Notes: generated by a model not told the origin, from the letters alone. DNA of 63,393 nt, filler included, from Octopus bimaculoides (GCF_001194135.2; 3 parts of 3 records of this genome joined end to end with filler, not necessarily neighbours in it); one strand, 5' to 3'; shown: positions 47,093-59,884, counted from the first letter of the whole stretch. Program-made: numbers and translations.

Positions 47093-47479
47093 NNNNNNNN
47101 NNNNNNNNNNNNNNNNNNNNNNNNNNNNNNNNNNNNNNNNNNNNNNNNNNNNNNNNNNNNNNNNNNNNNNNNNNNNNNNNNNNNNNNNNNNNNNNNNNNN
47201 NNNNNNNNNNNNNNNNNNNNNNNNNNNNNNNNNNNNNNNNNNNNNNNNNNNNNNNNNNNNNNNNNNNNNNNNNNNNNNNNNNNNNNNNNNNNNNNNNNNN
47301 NNNNNNNNNNNNNNNNNNNNNNNNNNNNNNNNNNNNNNNNNNNNNNNNNNNNNNNNNNNNNNNNNNNNATATATATATGTATATATATATTAAATTTAAA
47401 AAAAACGAAGAACAGGCACCAAAAACAACAACGCGCGGAGGTGGTACATGTAAAATATTAGCAGACGCTCAGGGAAAGA

Positions 47480-47516
47480 TAGTTTAACGTTTCGAGCAAA
47501 GCTCTTCTTCAGAATC
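47480..47516 (-). ncRNA. Minimal hammerhead-ribozyme-like motif in a probable PLE pseudo-LTR-derived repeat
   Basis: Minus strand GAUU-CUGAAGA-A-GAGC(UUU)GCUC-GAAA-C-GUU-AAAC. Intact core, 4-bp stem II, ACGU palindrome, weak stem I (3 of 4 pairs). Confidence 0.5.
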
Positions 47517-47607
47517 AGAGGAAAGTCCAATAGAAAGGGAAGATGAAGACGGACGGAAAAAAATTGCCAGCAATTCACATGTGGTTACATATGCATATAT
47601 ACATGTG

Positions 47608-47654
<47 letters not shown>

Positions 47655-47796
47655 TTCAATCTACGGAGAAATAGCTGAATTTGCCATGTATTATAAACCT
47701 TTCATATAGGTTACTTTATCAATTGACAGGCCTCCGATATTTAAAATAAAGTGTTAACTCTTACAGTAATCAAATTAGCAGTACCGTTTTCTTTAG

Positions 47797-47908
47797 CTAC
47801 TTTAATTTATGAGTATGTGAAGAGACTGGCTGCGAGCTTTCCCGTATTTGGACAGATTGATGTAGACGCCTCTGATAAGAATCCAATAATATTAGAAAAT
47901 CGATTCAG
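47797..47908 (+). CDS. Candidate internal coding exon of an unidentified gene ((A)TLIYEYVKRLAASFPVFGQIDVDASDKNPIILENRF)
   Basis: Strong acceptor ccgttttctttag|, donor CAG|gttatt; 112 nt, phase 1-2, open, non-repetitive composition. Confidence 0.4.
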
Positions 47909-48432
47909 GTTATTCACATTGTTTTCAATCTATGGAGAAGAAAATAAATTATATAGGTTGTATGTAGGTTATATATATGCATCTATATATGTGTGTGTGT
48001 GTGTTTGCGTGTATGGAAGTATATATGCCTATGTTTATATGCATTTATGTATAACATAAATGTCTACCATCCATTTTATTCTAGTAGCTCTTACGTTTTC
48101 AGTGGTCTAAGAACCTTGTGTGTCTGTGTGTGTGTATGTACATGTATATATACATACATACATNNNNNNNNNNTATATATAGACACACACACACATATAT
48201 ATATATAATTATATATATACACACATATAGTTATGCATGTGTGCATATATATATATATATCGAATAAGTTGGTGATACAGGGAGGATTTGTGCACATATT
48301 TATGCACACATTCATAAATATATGTGTATATATGTAACTACCTATGTAACATATAATAATTTTATACGTGTATACATGTGTGTGTATGTATGTACATGTG
48401 TATCTACCTATCAATTTATTTATATTTTCTGC

Positions 48433-48469
<37 letters not shown>

Positions 48470-49574
48470 GATCGATCGATCGATCTATCTATTTATCTAT
48501 GTATCAATCTATGTATCTATGTATGTATCTATCTATCTACTTATCTATCTCTCTATCTCTCTGTCTCTGTCTCTGTCTCTTTCTGTCTCTCCCTCTCGCT
48601 CTCTCTCTCTATCTATCTGTCTGTTTGTCTATCTGTCTGTCGGTCTGCCTTCCTAATTGTTTGTCTATCTACGGTTTTCTTAGTGATTTAATCAAGTTTA
48701 TTGCCCGTTACTTATAAACTGAAAAATATTTTTTTGTTTGTCGCTTGAGCTATTTCAGTCGATATAGTTCCAGGGTTATGTAGATAAGTACGATCTAATG
48801 TATGCACATATATCGATGAATGCACGCATTCGAGTGTACATGTCTGTTTAGAACAGAAAGTGAGTATGGTTACTTTTTCCGTGTACATATGAATAGCACA
48901 TGAGCGTTTATCTACACATGTAACTTTCTGTATATTGTTATTATGGAACACTCTTATAGTAAGTTTTTTTCCAGCTTTTCACAGATCCTCCCTGTACCAC
49001 CAACTCATTCGATATTGAGGATATGGTTAGAGTGCTGTGTTCTTAACGGGAAAACTCCAGCATTTTTAAGGTTTAAAGCAAATTTGTTGTTACGTTTCCT
49101 GCTGCAGCTAAATTATCGATAGAAATTAGAATCTATAGTCACAATACTAGAGCTGAAAGTTCTTCATTATTTTATTATATACGAACTCTTTACCTATAAC
49201 TTTAGACCTGATACGTATGTATGTATGTTATCAATCACTTTCATTTCTGTATTTCTTGTCCATAGAGAAAGAGCCGGACTCTAACATAGATTCAAGGCTC
49301 CTTCATTGGAACTTTTATCAGCATCATCTAGGTATTCGTGCATATGAGTGTGTGTGTGCAGTATTTGGTGTTAGTGTATCGAAGATTTGTATGTTTGTTT
49401 TATGAATGCGTTTTTATGTATATATTTTCATGTCTAGATGTATGCATATATATTTATGTCCTAAATTTTTGGAAAGTTTTACATATCCTTACAGTTCCAT
49501 GTATGTATGTATGCATGTATACTTCAGCCTGTTTCGCTTATGCAGTCAATAGTGTAAATAATATATTTCATAAA

Positions 49575-49624
<50 letters not shown>

Positions 49625-50466
49625 TATATATATGTATGNNNNNNNNNNNNNNNNNNNNNNNNNNNNNNNNNNNNNNNNNNNNNNNNNNNNNNNNNNNNNN
49701 NNNNNNNNNNNNNNNNNNNNNNNNNNNNNNNNNNNNNNNNNNNNNNNNNNNNNNNNNNNNNNNNNNNNNNNNNNNNNNNNNNNNNNNNNNNNNNNNNNNN
49801 NNNNNNNNNNNNNNNNNNNNTATATATATATATATATATATATGCGTTACTGCCTTTAAGGGCTTTAATCGAGTATATTAACCTCAGTACATAGTTTGGG
49901 GAAATACTTTATGAAACGTTTAACGCTGCAATGTGAGATTTGACTTCGCGTAAAATGGACGTAACCAAAATGCAGATAATTTCTCATATTGAATAAAATC
50001 TCATATTGAATCATAAAATGATTTGTTGAGAGATGAATATACTAATCCTACTATCGCGTGAATAAACCGCGTGACTTCGTGAATGATTTACGACACGGCC
50101 CGATAACCTGCTACAAATCTTCGTACTTTGGATAAACGAAACACTATATTACGAGAGATTATAATAGATCGTTGACAAATCATCAATTCATCAGTGTATG
50201 TCTGCTATAATAATTCATCTAATAATGTGACTGTTTCATATATATATATACATAAACACATGCATAAATACACATACACGAACATACATATGCACGCACA
50301 CATATATAGATATTCATGCACATACATGTATGCGTACACACACAAGCACACACACACACACGTACATATGTACATACACATATAAATACATATATATATA
50401 TCCAATATATATGTAATCGCATATGTACATAAGCACACGCACACACACATATATCCACGTGCTTTT

Positions 50467-50508
<42 letters not shown>

Positions 50509-50600
50509 TCATAAGAATGGTACAACAAGGTACCGATAGGGCTACTTTTTGCTGGAAATTGATACATTTGTATTAACACATTTGTATTGAAATATTTTTC

Positions 50601-50645
<45 letters not shown>

Positions 50646-50841
50646 GTGTGTGTGTGTGTCTGTTTGTACGAGTGTGAGCATATATATGAATATATTGATA
50701 TATTTATACAAAACTGGGAGTCTCTGCTTAAAATTTCACATTTTATATCGTCGGGCGGTTGGTGAGATCTCTGTATCGGTTATATTTACTTATATTAAGG
50801 GAATTACGGACGTGACGCTCGCGGCAGTGATATTGTCACTT

Positions 50842-51222
50842 GTTCCTGTTGGCACTCCGTCGCTTACGACGTCGAGTGTTCCAGTTGATCCGATCAACGG
50901 AACAGCCTGCTCGTGAAATTAACGTGCAAGTGGCTGAGCACTCCACAGACACGTGAACCCTTAACGTAGTTCTCGGGGATATTCAGCGTGACACAGTGTG
51001 ACAAGGCTGACCCTTTGAATTACAGGTACAGCAGAAACAGGAAGTAAGAGTGAGAGAAAGTTGTAGTGAAAGAGTACAGCAGGGTTCGCTACTATCCCCT
51101 GCCGGAGCCTCGTTGAACTTTAGGTGCTTTTCGCTCAATAAACACTCACAACGCCCGGTCTGGGAATCGAAACCTATGACCGCGAGTCCGCTGCCCTGAC
51201 CACTGGGACATTGCGCCTCCAC
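50842..51222 (-). mobile_element. Full-length tRNA-derived SINE with an 11-bp TSD
   Basis: Starts GTGGAGGCGCAATGTCCCAGTGGTCAGGGC...GGTTTCGATTCCC (A and B boxes). TATTGTCACTT occurs at 50831-50841 and 51223-51233. Confidence 0.9.
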
Positions 51223-51608
51223 TATTGTCACTTATATCGGCAAAATAACGCAGATGATTTAGAATAGATTAAAATAGCTTATAAATGGATACATAATTAT
51301 TTCAGAAATATCGGAAAATAATATTTTGAAATTAATAAAGACAGAGATTTGGTATGAGATAATGCAGTGATGATTGAAATAAAATTTATGAAATTACCTT
51401 TCTGACCCAACTTATGTACTTTTTTTTCCACTATGTATGTGGTTAAGAGACTTTGAAACTTCTTCCTTACAGATTCCGTTCCAGCGTGTGATATCACGGG
51501 AAATTGTTTTCTGCTACCATCTCGAGCCGATCAACGACTTGTGAGTGAACTCGGTTGACGGAAAGTGTGTGGAAACCGTCGTGGGTATATATATTATATT
51601 TTCTTTTT

Positions 51609-51830
51609 TCTTTTATTTTCTTTTATTCGTTTCAACCATTTGACTGCGGCCATGCTGGAGCACCGCCTTTAGTCGAACAAATCGACCCCAGGATTTATTC
51701 TTCTGTAAGCCTAGTACTTAGTCTATCGGTCTTTTTTGCCGAACCGCTAAGCTACGGGGACATAAACACACCAGCATCGGTAGTCAAGCGATGATGGGGG
51801 GACAAACACAGAGACAAACATATACATACA
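51609..51830 (-). mobile_element. 3' half of the SINE family whose 5' half is at 17-137; related decayed copies at about 27355-27430, 27920-28060 and 57835-58010
   Basis: TTGACTGCGGCCATGCTGGAGCACCGCCTTTAGTCGAACAAATCGACCCCAGG...GCCGAACCGCTAAG..CGGGGAC recurs at those sites. The family link to 17-137 is from recall. Confidence 0.65.
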
Positions 51831-51834
51831 TACA

Positions 51835-51882
<48 letters not shown>

Positions 51883-52264
51883 CATATATATANNNNNNNN
51901 NNNNNNNNNNNNNNNNNNNNNNNNNNNNNNNNNNNNNNNNNNNNNNNNNNNNNNNNNNNNNNNNNNNNNNNNNNNNNNNNNNNNNNNNNNNNNNNNNNNN
52001 NNNNNNNNNNNNNNNNNNNNNNNNNNNNNNNNNNNNNNNNNNNNNNNNNNNNNNNNNNNNNNNNNNNNNNNNNNNNNNNNNNNNNNNNNNNNNNNNNNNN
52101 NNNNNNNNNNNNNNNNNNNNNNNNNNNNNNNNNNNNNNNNNNNNNNNNNNNNNNNNNNNNNNNNNNNNNNNNNNNNNNNNNNNNNNNNNNNNNNNNNNNN
52201 NNNNNNNNNNNNNNNNNNNNNNNNNNNNNNNNNNNNNNNNNNNNNNNNNNNNNNNNNNNNNNNN

Positions 52265-52315
<51 letters not shown>

Positions 52316-52856
52316 CAGGCGTGTGTTTGTGTGTGTAAGTGACTTACCAGCACAAACTCCCATACAATGTAATTTCGATTTAACAGAAATCAGCCTACCC
52401 AGGTCAATTTTAACTTAACCGAGACAATATACAGCGAACTGAACTCAAATATACCACAGTCCGATGATCGGTTAGCTGCCCGAGACTTCCAAGTCACTGT
52501 CAAACTATTTTTGATAAAGAATAATAAATTTTAACTCTATGACATGTACTGAGTAATCCTTCAATGTAATACGAAATAGTTATTATTATAACATAAAAAA
52601 CAATCAATATGTAGATATAATATATAAACTCACACACACACCTACACAGACATATGATCTTGGTGTATTTTCTTGATTGTATTTTTTTATCTATTGCTCG
52701 TTTTTTTTCAGCGTAGGACATCTGTCCGAAATGTTAAATCACAATTCTCTTGTCGACAAGTAAGAACGTAATACTACGTTTTCGAAATTTTTATTGAATT
52801 TGTGTTACTTATTTGCAGTCTTTCGCTTTCTCTCAGCATACTTACATAAACGCACA

Positions 52857-52902
<46 letters not shown>

Positions 52903-53084
52903 TATACACATATTCACACTCACACACATATATACATATGTATATGTACTTATACATATATACATATATATATGCATATATATGTACATATATTTGTATA
53001 TATAATACAGTTCTATATGTATACATATATATATATGTATATATTAATATATATGCATATATATATATATACATATATATATAT

Positions 53085-53184
53085 NNNNNNNNNNNNNNNN
53101 NNNNNNNNNNNNNNNNNNNNNNNNNNNNTTAATTAATTAANNNNNNNNNNNNNNNNNNNNNNNNNNNNNNNNNNNNNNNNNNNN
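53085..53184. other. Artificial scaffold-joining linker
   Basis: 44 N + TTAATTAATTAA (53129-53140) + 44 N, identical to 21194-21293. Confidence 0.92.
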
Positions 53185-53189
53185 TATAC

Positions 53190-53221
<32 letters not shown>

Positions 53222-53703
53222 GTACATACATACATATATATATATCCATACATACATATGTATACACATATACATATACATGCACATGTCTGTGTGTGGT
53301 GCACTAAGCAGTGATAATCAAAATAAAGTTGTGTACAATTATATCTAACACTTATGTACACTCGATAGAAAGATCTTCGCTGCGAAAAATATTTCCCGAG
53401 AGAAATTCCCTTTGTAGGCAATGTGTGTGAAAATACACTGCACTGATCTATAAATGACGTCATCGTTCTGCAGGAAATATGTTTCTGTATCATTACCTTA
53501 CTTCAGCAATAGTCGCCGAAGGCCGAATCTATCATTTATAGCCTACTAAGAATTGACATTTTTATATTAGAACAGATAGAAAATTTACTGAAGTTTGTAA
53601 AGCTTTGTCAAGCTGGAATTAATTAATTAAAAGTACACTAAGCGGCCATGGTTAAAGTATTTTGTGTTGAGGTATATTTAATATGTTCGTGTATATTCAG
53701 ATG

Positions 53704-53748
<45 letters not shown>

Positions 53749-54170
53749 NNNNNNNNNNNNNNNNNNNNNNNNNNNNNNNNNNNNNNNNNNNNNNNNNNNN
53801 NNNNNNNNNNNNNNNNNNNNNNNNNNNNNNNNNNNNNNNNNNNNNNNNNNNNNNNNNNNNNNNNNNNNNNNNNNNNNNNNNNNNNNNNNNNNNNNNNNNN
53901 NNNNNNNNNNNNNNNNNNNNNNNNNNNNNNNNNNNNNNNNNNNNNNNNNNNNNNNNNNNNNNNNNNNNNNNNNNNNNNNNNNNNNNNNNNNNNNNNNNNN
54001 NNNNNNNNNNNNNNNNNNNNNNNNNNNNNNNNNNNNNNNNNNNNNNNNNNNNNNNNNNNNNNNNNNNNNNNNNNNNNNNNNNNNNNNNNNNNNNNNNNNN
54101 NNNNNNNNNNNNNNNNNNNNNNNNNNNNNNNNNNNNNNNNNNNNNNNNNNNNNNNNNNNNNNNNNNNNNG

Positions 54171-54217
<47 letters not shown>

Positions 54218-55781
54218 ATGGACTAAGTATACGGCATCTAGATATAAACTAAATTTTAAGTTCAATCATATTCGTACAATAAAATAAATTTCATACCGTT
54301 AGGAAGAAGAGAGAAGTTAAATTTTTCGGGTGGGGAAGCTTCGCTGAAGGGTTCCAAACGAAACGTTAGACCATTCTTCTTCCTCACGGAATATAACTTT
54401 CTCCAATGTTTGAATTATTTGTATTACTCTTTACCGGCCCGGGCCAGTTCTAGTTTTTCTCGGCTTCTACAGTTTTAATAAACGTATCATGGTTGTTTAA
54501 GTGTGCTGTTCTTGCTATCTACTTCAACGTACCTACGTTTGAAAATTTCATTACAAACAAATTTGCTTCAAGCAAGCCGTTGACAAAAGATATTAGATTT
54601 CACTAAAGAACGAACAAGCTATATAGCTGTTTACCAATTCCACACGAAATACGAAGAAGGTGAGGAAAAGTTCACTTTATTTATTATGCTATTTAAACTC
54701 CATTTCTTTTCTAATTTTGTTTTATAAACCGGTTTCTTTCACCCTTTCCTTATCTACTTCTATCTTTCCTATTTATCTCTTGTGTATAGTTTCATTTCTC
54801 ACTTTCCCTCTCCCTGTTTAGAGAATAAATCAACTCTGAGTTATTCCCTAAGCATTTCTAGTTTTCTACGCCAATAAATATACAACATTGCATATAGTGA
54901 GCCATGGAATTTTGCTTAATTATTATTGCTCCCATAGCAAAGGGGGAAAAAACCTATCTATTAGCTTTGTGTTTAATTCTGGTCAGGTAAAGCAAGGGGT
55001 GATAACTCAGAAACTACTAATTAAAATTAATTAATAACAGAATGTGAGTATTCAGTGGGGCGACTACTATCGAGCAGCGAACTGCTAAAAAGCTATAGAA
55101 GATAGTATAATTAGATATATAAATAGAAGTAACATTGGTTTTTCATCTATATAATTCCTATTCAGGACTTTGTGTCGGCCGTGTAGAGGTGAAAATTCAT
55201 TAGGAATGGAGTGTGGCGATTCAGTGGGTTTGATCTTTGGTCGTACTATGAAAAATCAAAGCATGTTTCAATTTTATTAGTCCTCCCCAACAGCGCTACA
55301 GTTTTAGTCATAAACACTGGTAGTCATTACATGATGGGATGAATGGGCTGGGATAGGGGGTAAGGAATACTCAAGAAGACTACCTGTATGAAAAACAAGT
55401 AGTCAAGTTGGTGTTAGCATACTTAGTATAGTGAAGCAAGAAATTTTAATTAAAAAATAAAACCGTTAGCTTAATGATTAATTCTGCTCAAGAAAGTTAG
55501 GGGAGACAACTCCATATAAGATCCCTTTGCATTTATTCATCATTTTTCATTTCTTCTTTTATTTTATTATTACTTAACTCAGTCAATGGCCTGCAGCAAG
55601 GATGTGGGGTATCTTTTTAAAAATCTTAATCAGCCTCATAGTAGTTATTCTAGTGATCTTTTTGCCGATTAATTAGATTACGGGAATGCAAATAACACCA
55701 ACACAAGTTATCAAGCAGTGAGAGATAAACACACAGATTGGCGCTCGCGTGCGCATACATGCGATCGCACACTTAGACACA

Positions 55782-55857
<76 letters not shown>

Positions 55858-56399
55858 CACTCTCTCTCTCTCTCACACACACCCATACCCCCCACACACA
55901 TACGCACTCTCTCTCCCTCTCTCTCACATACACATACACAGAAAGTATGGGCAGTTAATCTTTAGAGGAAATTAGCGAAGTTAAATGGGAAAGATCTTAT
56001 TGACAATTTATTTATGAAATTTCTTAGAAGCATTGTTCCTTAGGTACATAGGTTTGTTTTTTACTGTGAGAGGAAACAAAATACTGTGACATTCATGTCT
56101 GTCTTATCAAGACATTAGCAGAGTAAATGAGGTGAGCTTGTATCAACACCGAATAGAAACCGAGTCGTTTGTCATGACTCACGCAGGAACTCAACTCTTG
56201 TTTTAGGGCACCTGACGTAAATTTATAATAATATTAGTTGCGAGCATTAGCCGAAGGCCACAAATCTTGAGAGAGTGTATAACTGATCAAATGAATAACA
56301 ATTCTTGACTTGTGTTTTATTTTATCGAACCCAAAAGAATCAAATGCGTGACTGGTTTCCGCTTTGAACTAAGAACGAAAATTGTCGCAAATGAATATT

Positions 56400-56605
56400 G
56401 GTTTCAAAATTTGGTACAAGGCCAGAAAATTCGGGCATGGGGTAAGTTGATTATATTGACCTCAGTGCTCAAGTGGTACTTATCAACCTGAAAGGGATTA
56501 AAAGCCAATACGACCCGGACGGAATTTGAACTTAGAATGTAAAGATGGACAAAAACCCGCTAAACATTTTGTCCGGAGCGGTAACGACTCCGCCAACTCA
56601 CCGCA
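56400..56605 (-). mobile_element. Decayed Nin/Deu-core-like SINE
   Basis: GGTACAAGGCCAGAAAATT...ATTGACCTCAGTGCTCAAGTGGTACTT...GGAATTTGAACTTAG...GCCAACTCACCGC. Confidence 0.65.
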
Positions 56606-56684
56606 AATAAATAGTGCAAGGCTATTCGATGCTCCTACGATTTTACCAACGAAAATACATAACTGTATTAATTGAGTGTAAAGG

Positions 56685-56910
56685 CACGTGGCCTAGTCGT
56701 TAGGGTGTTGCACTTACAATCACAAAATCGTGGCTTCGATTCCCAAACCGAGTAGTGGGTTGTGTTCTTGAGCAAGATGCTTCATTTCACATTGTTCTAG
56801 TCCACTCAGATGTAAATGAGTAACCCTGCAACGGATTGACGTCCCGTTCACGGGAAATGCTACGACCTCTGGCATTTACACGCCATGGAAACTGGGTAAC
56901 TTGGTCATAA
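56685..56910 (+). mobile_element. CORE-like tRNA-derived SINE
   Basis: GGCACGTGGCCTAGTCGTTAGG...GCTTCGATTCCC...GTGTTCTTGAGCAAGATGCTTCATTTCAC; same family as 32872-33108. Confidence 0.75.
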
Positions 56911-56936
56911 GGAAATAATGTAATAATATGAATCCA

Positions 56937-57478
56937 AGTAAAAACGTCACAGGAAAGAAATCACGGAAAAAAGGTCACAGGAAAAAGGTCACATGTAATG
57001 CCATCATATATAAATAGTGTCGTCAATATGTACAAGTCATAAGGCGGCGAGCTGGCAGACACGTTAGCCCGTTAGCTCGTGGTCGACTTTGCCTTTCATC
57101 CTTTCGGGGTCGATAAATTAAGTACCAGTTGCGTTCTAGGGTCGATCTAATCGACTGGCCCCTTCCCACAAAGTTTCAGGCTTTGTACCTAGAGTAGAAA
57201 AGACTATGTAGACGTCATGTATTGTCGGTTAATAACTGATTTAAAATATTTTCTGTTTTATTACTTTGTTTATGGTACTTTAATAAATTGTGACTGACTT
57301 CAATATTTTTGATTAGCTGATTTTCTTTCCCAGACAAAATTGTGACTTTTTTCCTGTGACTTTATTACCGGCCACCATAAATTAATTGTGACTTTTTTAC
57401 CTACAACTTTTTTCCCTAGCCAATATTGTGACTTATTTTTCTGTGACTTTTTTTTTTCCTGTGACTTCATTACCGGCT
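56937..57478. mobile_element. Non-autonomous DNA element with modular inverted subterminal repeats, interrupted by a SINE
   Basis: Left arrays GTCACAGGAAAAA (56946-56993) are inverted relative to right arrays TTTTCCTGTGAC...TTACCGGC (57340-57375, repeated at 57440-57478). Confidence 0.6.
57041..57205 (+). mobile_element. Nin/Deu-core-like SINE inserted in the above element
   Basis: AAGGCGGCGAGCTGGCAG...GGTCGACTTTGCCTTTCATCCTTTCGGGGTCGATAAATTAAGTACCAG. Confidence 0.85.
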
Positions 57479-58038
57479 ACGAATAATATAGTTGTGTAAA
57501 GGCATGTGTACTGGCGTCTAATATCAGTGCTTTGCCATGTGACAGCCACAGGAAAGAAAGTGTTTGTGAGTATATCCGAGTGATTGTGAAACATTTGTGA
57601 AGTCATGGAAGCAAAGTAGTAGGAGAACCGGTGTCTGTAAATGAAGTTGATTTAAAACCTTGATGAATTCCCTTCAAAGGTATGAACTGAATTATAGTAA
57701 TGCTGTGTATTTCAGATTATTGCAATGCATTTTGATCATATATGAGAATAGCTACCACATAATAGTATCCTTTTGCAGGTAAGGACTCTTTTTTAAATTA
57801 AGACGGTAGTGAGTAAGGAATGTTCGTTATTATCTTTTATTGCACTGCGGCCGTGCTGGGGTACTGTCTGAACAAGTTTTAGTTGAATAAATCGACCACA
57901 GTACTAATATCTTTTAAGAATTGTAACTTATTTTATTGGTAAATTTTGCTGAACTGCTAAGTTATGGGGAAGTAGACAAACCAGCACCGCTTGTCAGGCA
58001 GTGTAAGAAGAGCACATACGCACACACACATACTCTCT

Positions 58039-58078
<40 letters not shown>

Positions 58079-58583
58079 CACACTTTCTCAGTTTTTTAAA
58101 CTATAATTTATACACAATATGTAATGGAACTCTGTAGTATATAATTGTTATCCTTAAAAATCTAATTGTTGAAAATTTAGTTTGAAATACCACAGAAGGT
58201 AGAACGTTATTTTTTTAAATGTTTCAAATTTGAATTCGTTTATACTTATAAAATATTCAGAAATTATGTTCTTCGAAATACGCTATTAATTTTTATAATG
58301 TTTGAAAAATATATAAATTCTTTAATGTTTGTTAATAGTTTCATATATATAAAATGCAAGTAAAACATAAGCCAAAGTATCATTCAATACATTTTAGATA
58401 AGAGTTCACATTTATTTTTACAACGAAAAGAGTTGATAGTTACTTCCAAGTTTCACTGGTCATTGACTACATTAGACCGATTTTATGAATAACCGGCAAA
58501 AATTAGTACTTATAGGTCTTCCTTTCTTCTTTCGTATTTTTCTAAAGTGTGGTGATAAAAAGATAAGGGGTCACAGGTCCTTT

Positions 58584-58750
58584 ATCGGTACTGTCATGGT
58601 ATTAGCTGTCAGAAGTGAAAGTAGAAAAATCTGACAAGGAACGTTACTGCTGGTTTGAGTTGATTCTTTGGCTACTGACAGCTAATACGATGACTGGCCG
58701 GAGCTATCTGTCTGTCTGTCTGTCTGCTGGTTTGAGTTGATTCTTTGCTA

Positions 58751-58787
<37 letters not shown>

Positions 58788-59057
58788 ATCACTCGAAAGT
58801 TATTGGAACAAATTCGACACCTATATCCATGCGTTTGAAACATTACAGAGTATGAGTATCTACGGAGCATAAGTATCACATTTATTTTTAAACTTAACTT
58901 CAAACTTCATTTGTTTTCTATTTTGATAAATTCTCTCTGTTGAAAATTATATTTTTATATTTTAAATAATTTGCAATTTCAGAAAATATATTTTTATATT
59001 AAATTTGCGTTTTCTAATTTGATAAATTCTACGGACACAAAAAGAGGTGAACGAGTG

Positions 59058-59090
<33 letters not shown>

Positions 59091-59226
59091 TAGAGAGATA
59101 GGCAGACAGACAGACAGATAGATAGCTCCGGCCAGTCAGTAGCCAAAGAATCAACTCAAACCAGCAGTAACGTTCCTTGTCAGTTCTACTTTCACCTCTG
59201 ACAGCTAATACCATGACAGTGCCGAT
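58584..59226. repeat. Foldback element: long inverted arms (58584-58795 and 59052-59226) around a 256-bp spacer
   Basis: ATCGGTACTGTCATGGTATTAGCTGTCAG...TATCACTCG on the left is near-identical to the reverse complement of CGAGTGATA...CTGACAGCTAATACCATGACAGTGCCGAT on the right. Confidence 0.85.
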
Positions 59227-59291
59227 GAATGGCAAAGTCGATCTCGGCGGCATGTCAATTAAGAAGGTAAAGTCGGAAGAAATGACGCTAA

Positions 59292-59884
59292 GAAATTTTT
59301 TTACTTAAAATATTGCAGCTAAGAATAAAATTTTAAATAAAATATTTAGACTTACAAAATATTAGCTTTTATTAAAAGTAAAAATTTTATTACAAGTTAT
59401 TACTTGTTACTTCTATTAAAAATAACTCAATTAAAATATTTTTTGCACTTCAAAAAATTCATTTTTCTAATTATTTATTGATAATTAGAAATTTGAAAAT
59501 AGGTTATACAAATAATAGTAGTACATAATTAGTACAATAAATAGAATGATACAAAAATTAATTATACATTACAATAAAATCGACCAATAACAAATTCACA
59601 ATAAAATTTGCTTGAGTTATTGCCAAGACTTCACATTTTTCGTCTTGAACAATGTCTTTTCTTTACACAATGAATTTGCCTACCATATATACTATTCTAC
59701 TTTGCATAAAACTTTAGCTATATTGGTACTTCTGGCTCTCATTTTCAAAGTATTCTAGTGTGATAGTATTTTAACAAAATGATGGTACCTTTTTTTAATT
59801 ATAATGTTACTTTGTAAATTAAAATCAAATGATTTTTAATATTTAAATTTTATCTTGGATGCAATATTTTAAGTAAAAATTTTC
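59292..59884. mobile_element. AT-rich MITE-like element with about 50-bp imperfect TIRs
   Basis: GAAATTTTTTTACTTAAAATATTGCAGCTAAGAATAAAATTTTAAATA versus TATTTAAATTTTATCTTGGATGCAATATTTTAAGTAAAAATTTTC. Confidence 0.5.

Noticed and set aside
55181-55220. GTGTAGAGGTGAAAATTC...GTGGCGA, resembling a conserved SSU rRNA segment
   Set aside because: The match is about 15 nt and the flanks show no rRNA similarity.
57680-57715. 36-nt GT...AG segment as an intron
   Set aside because: Unusually short for a metazoan spliceosomal intron, and the upstream frames are closed.
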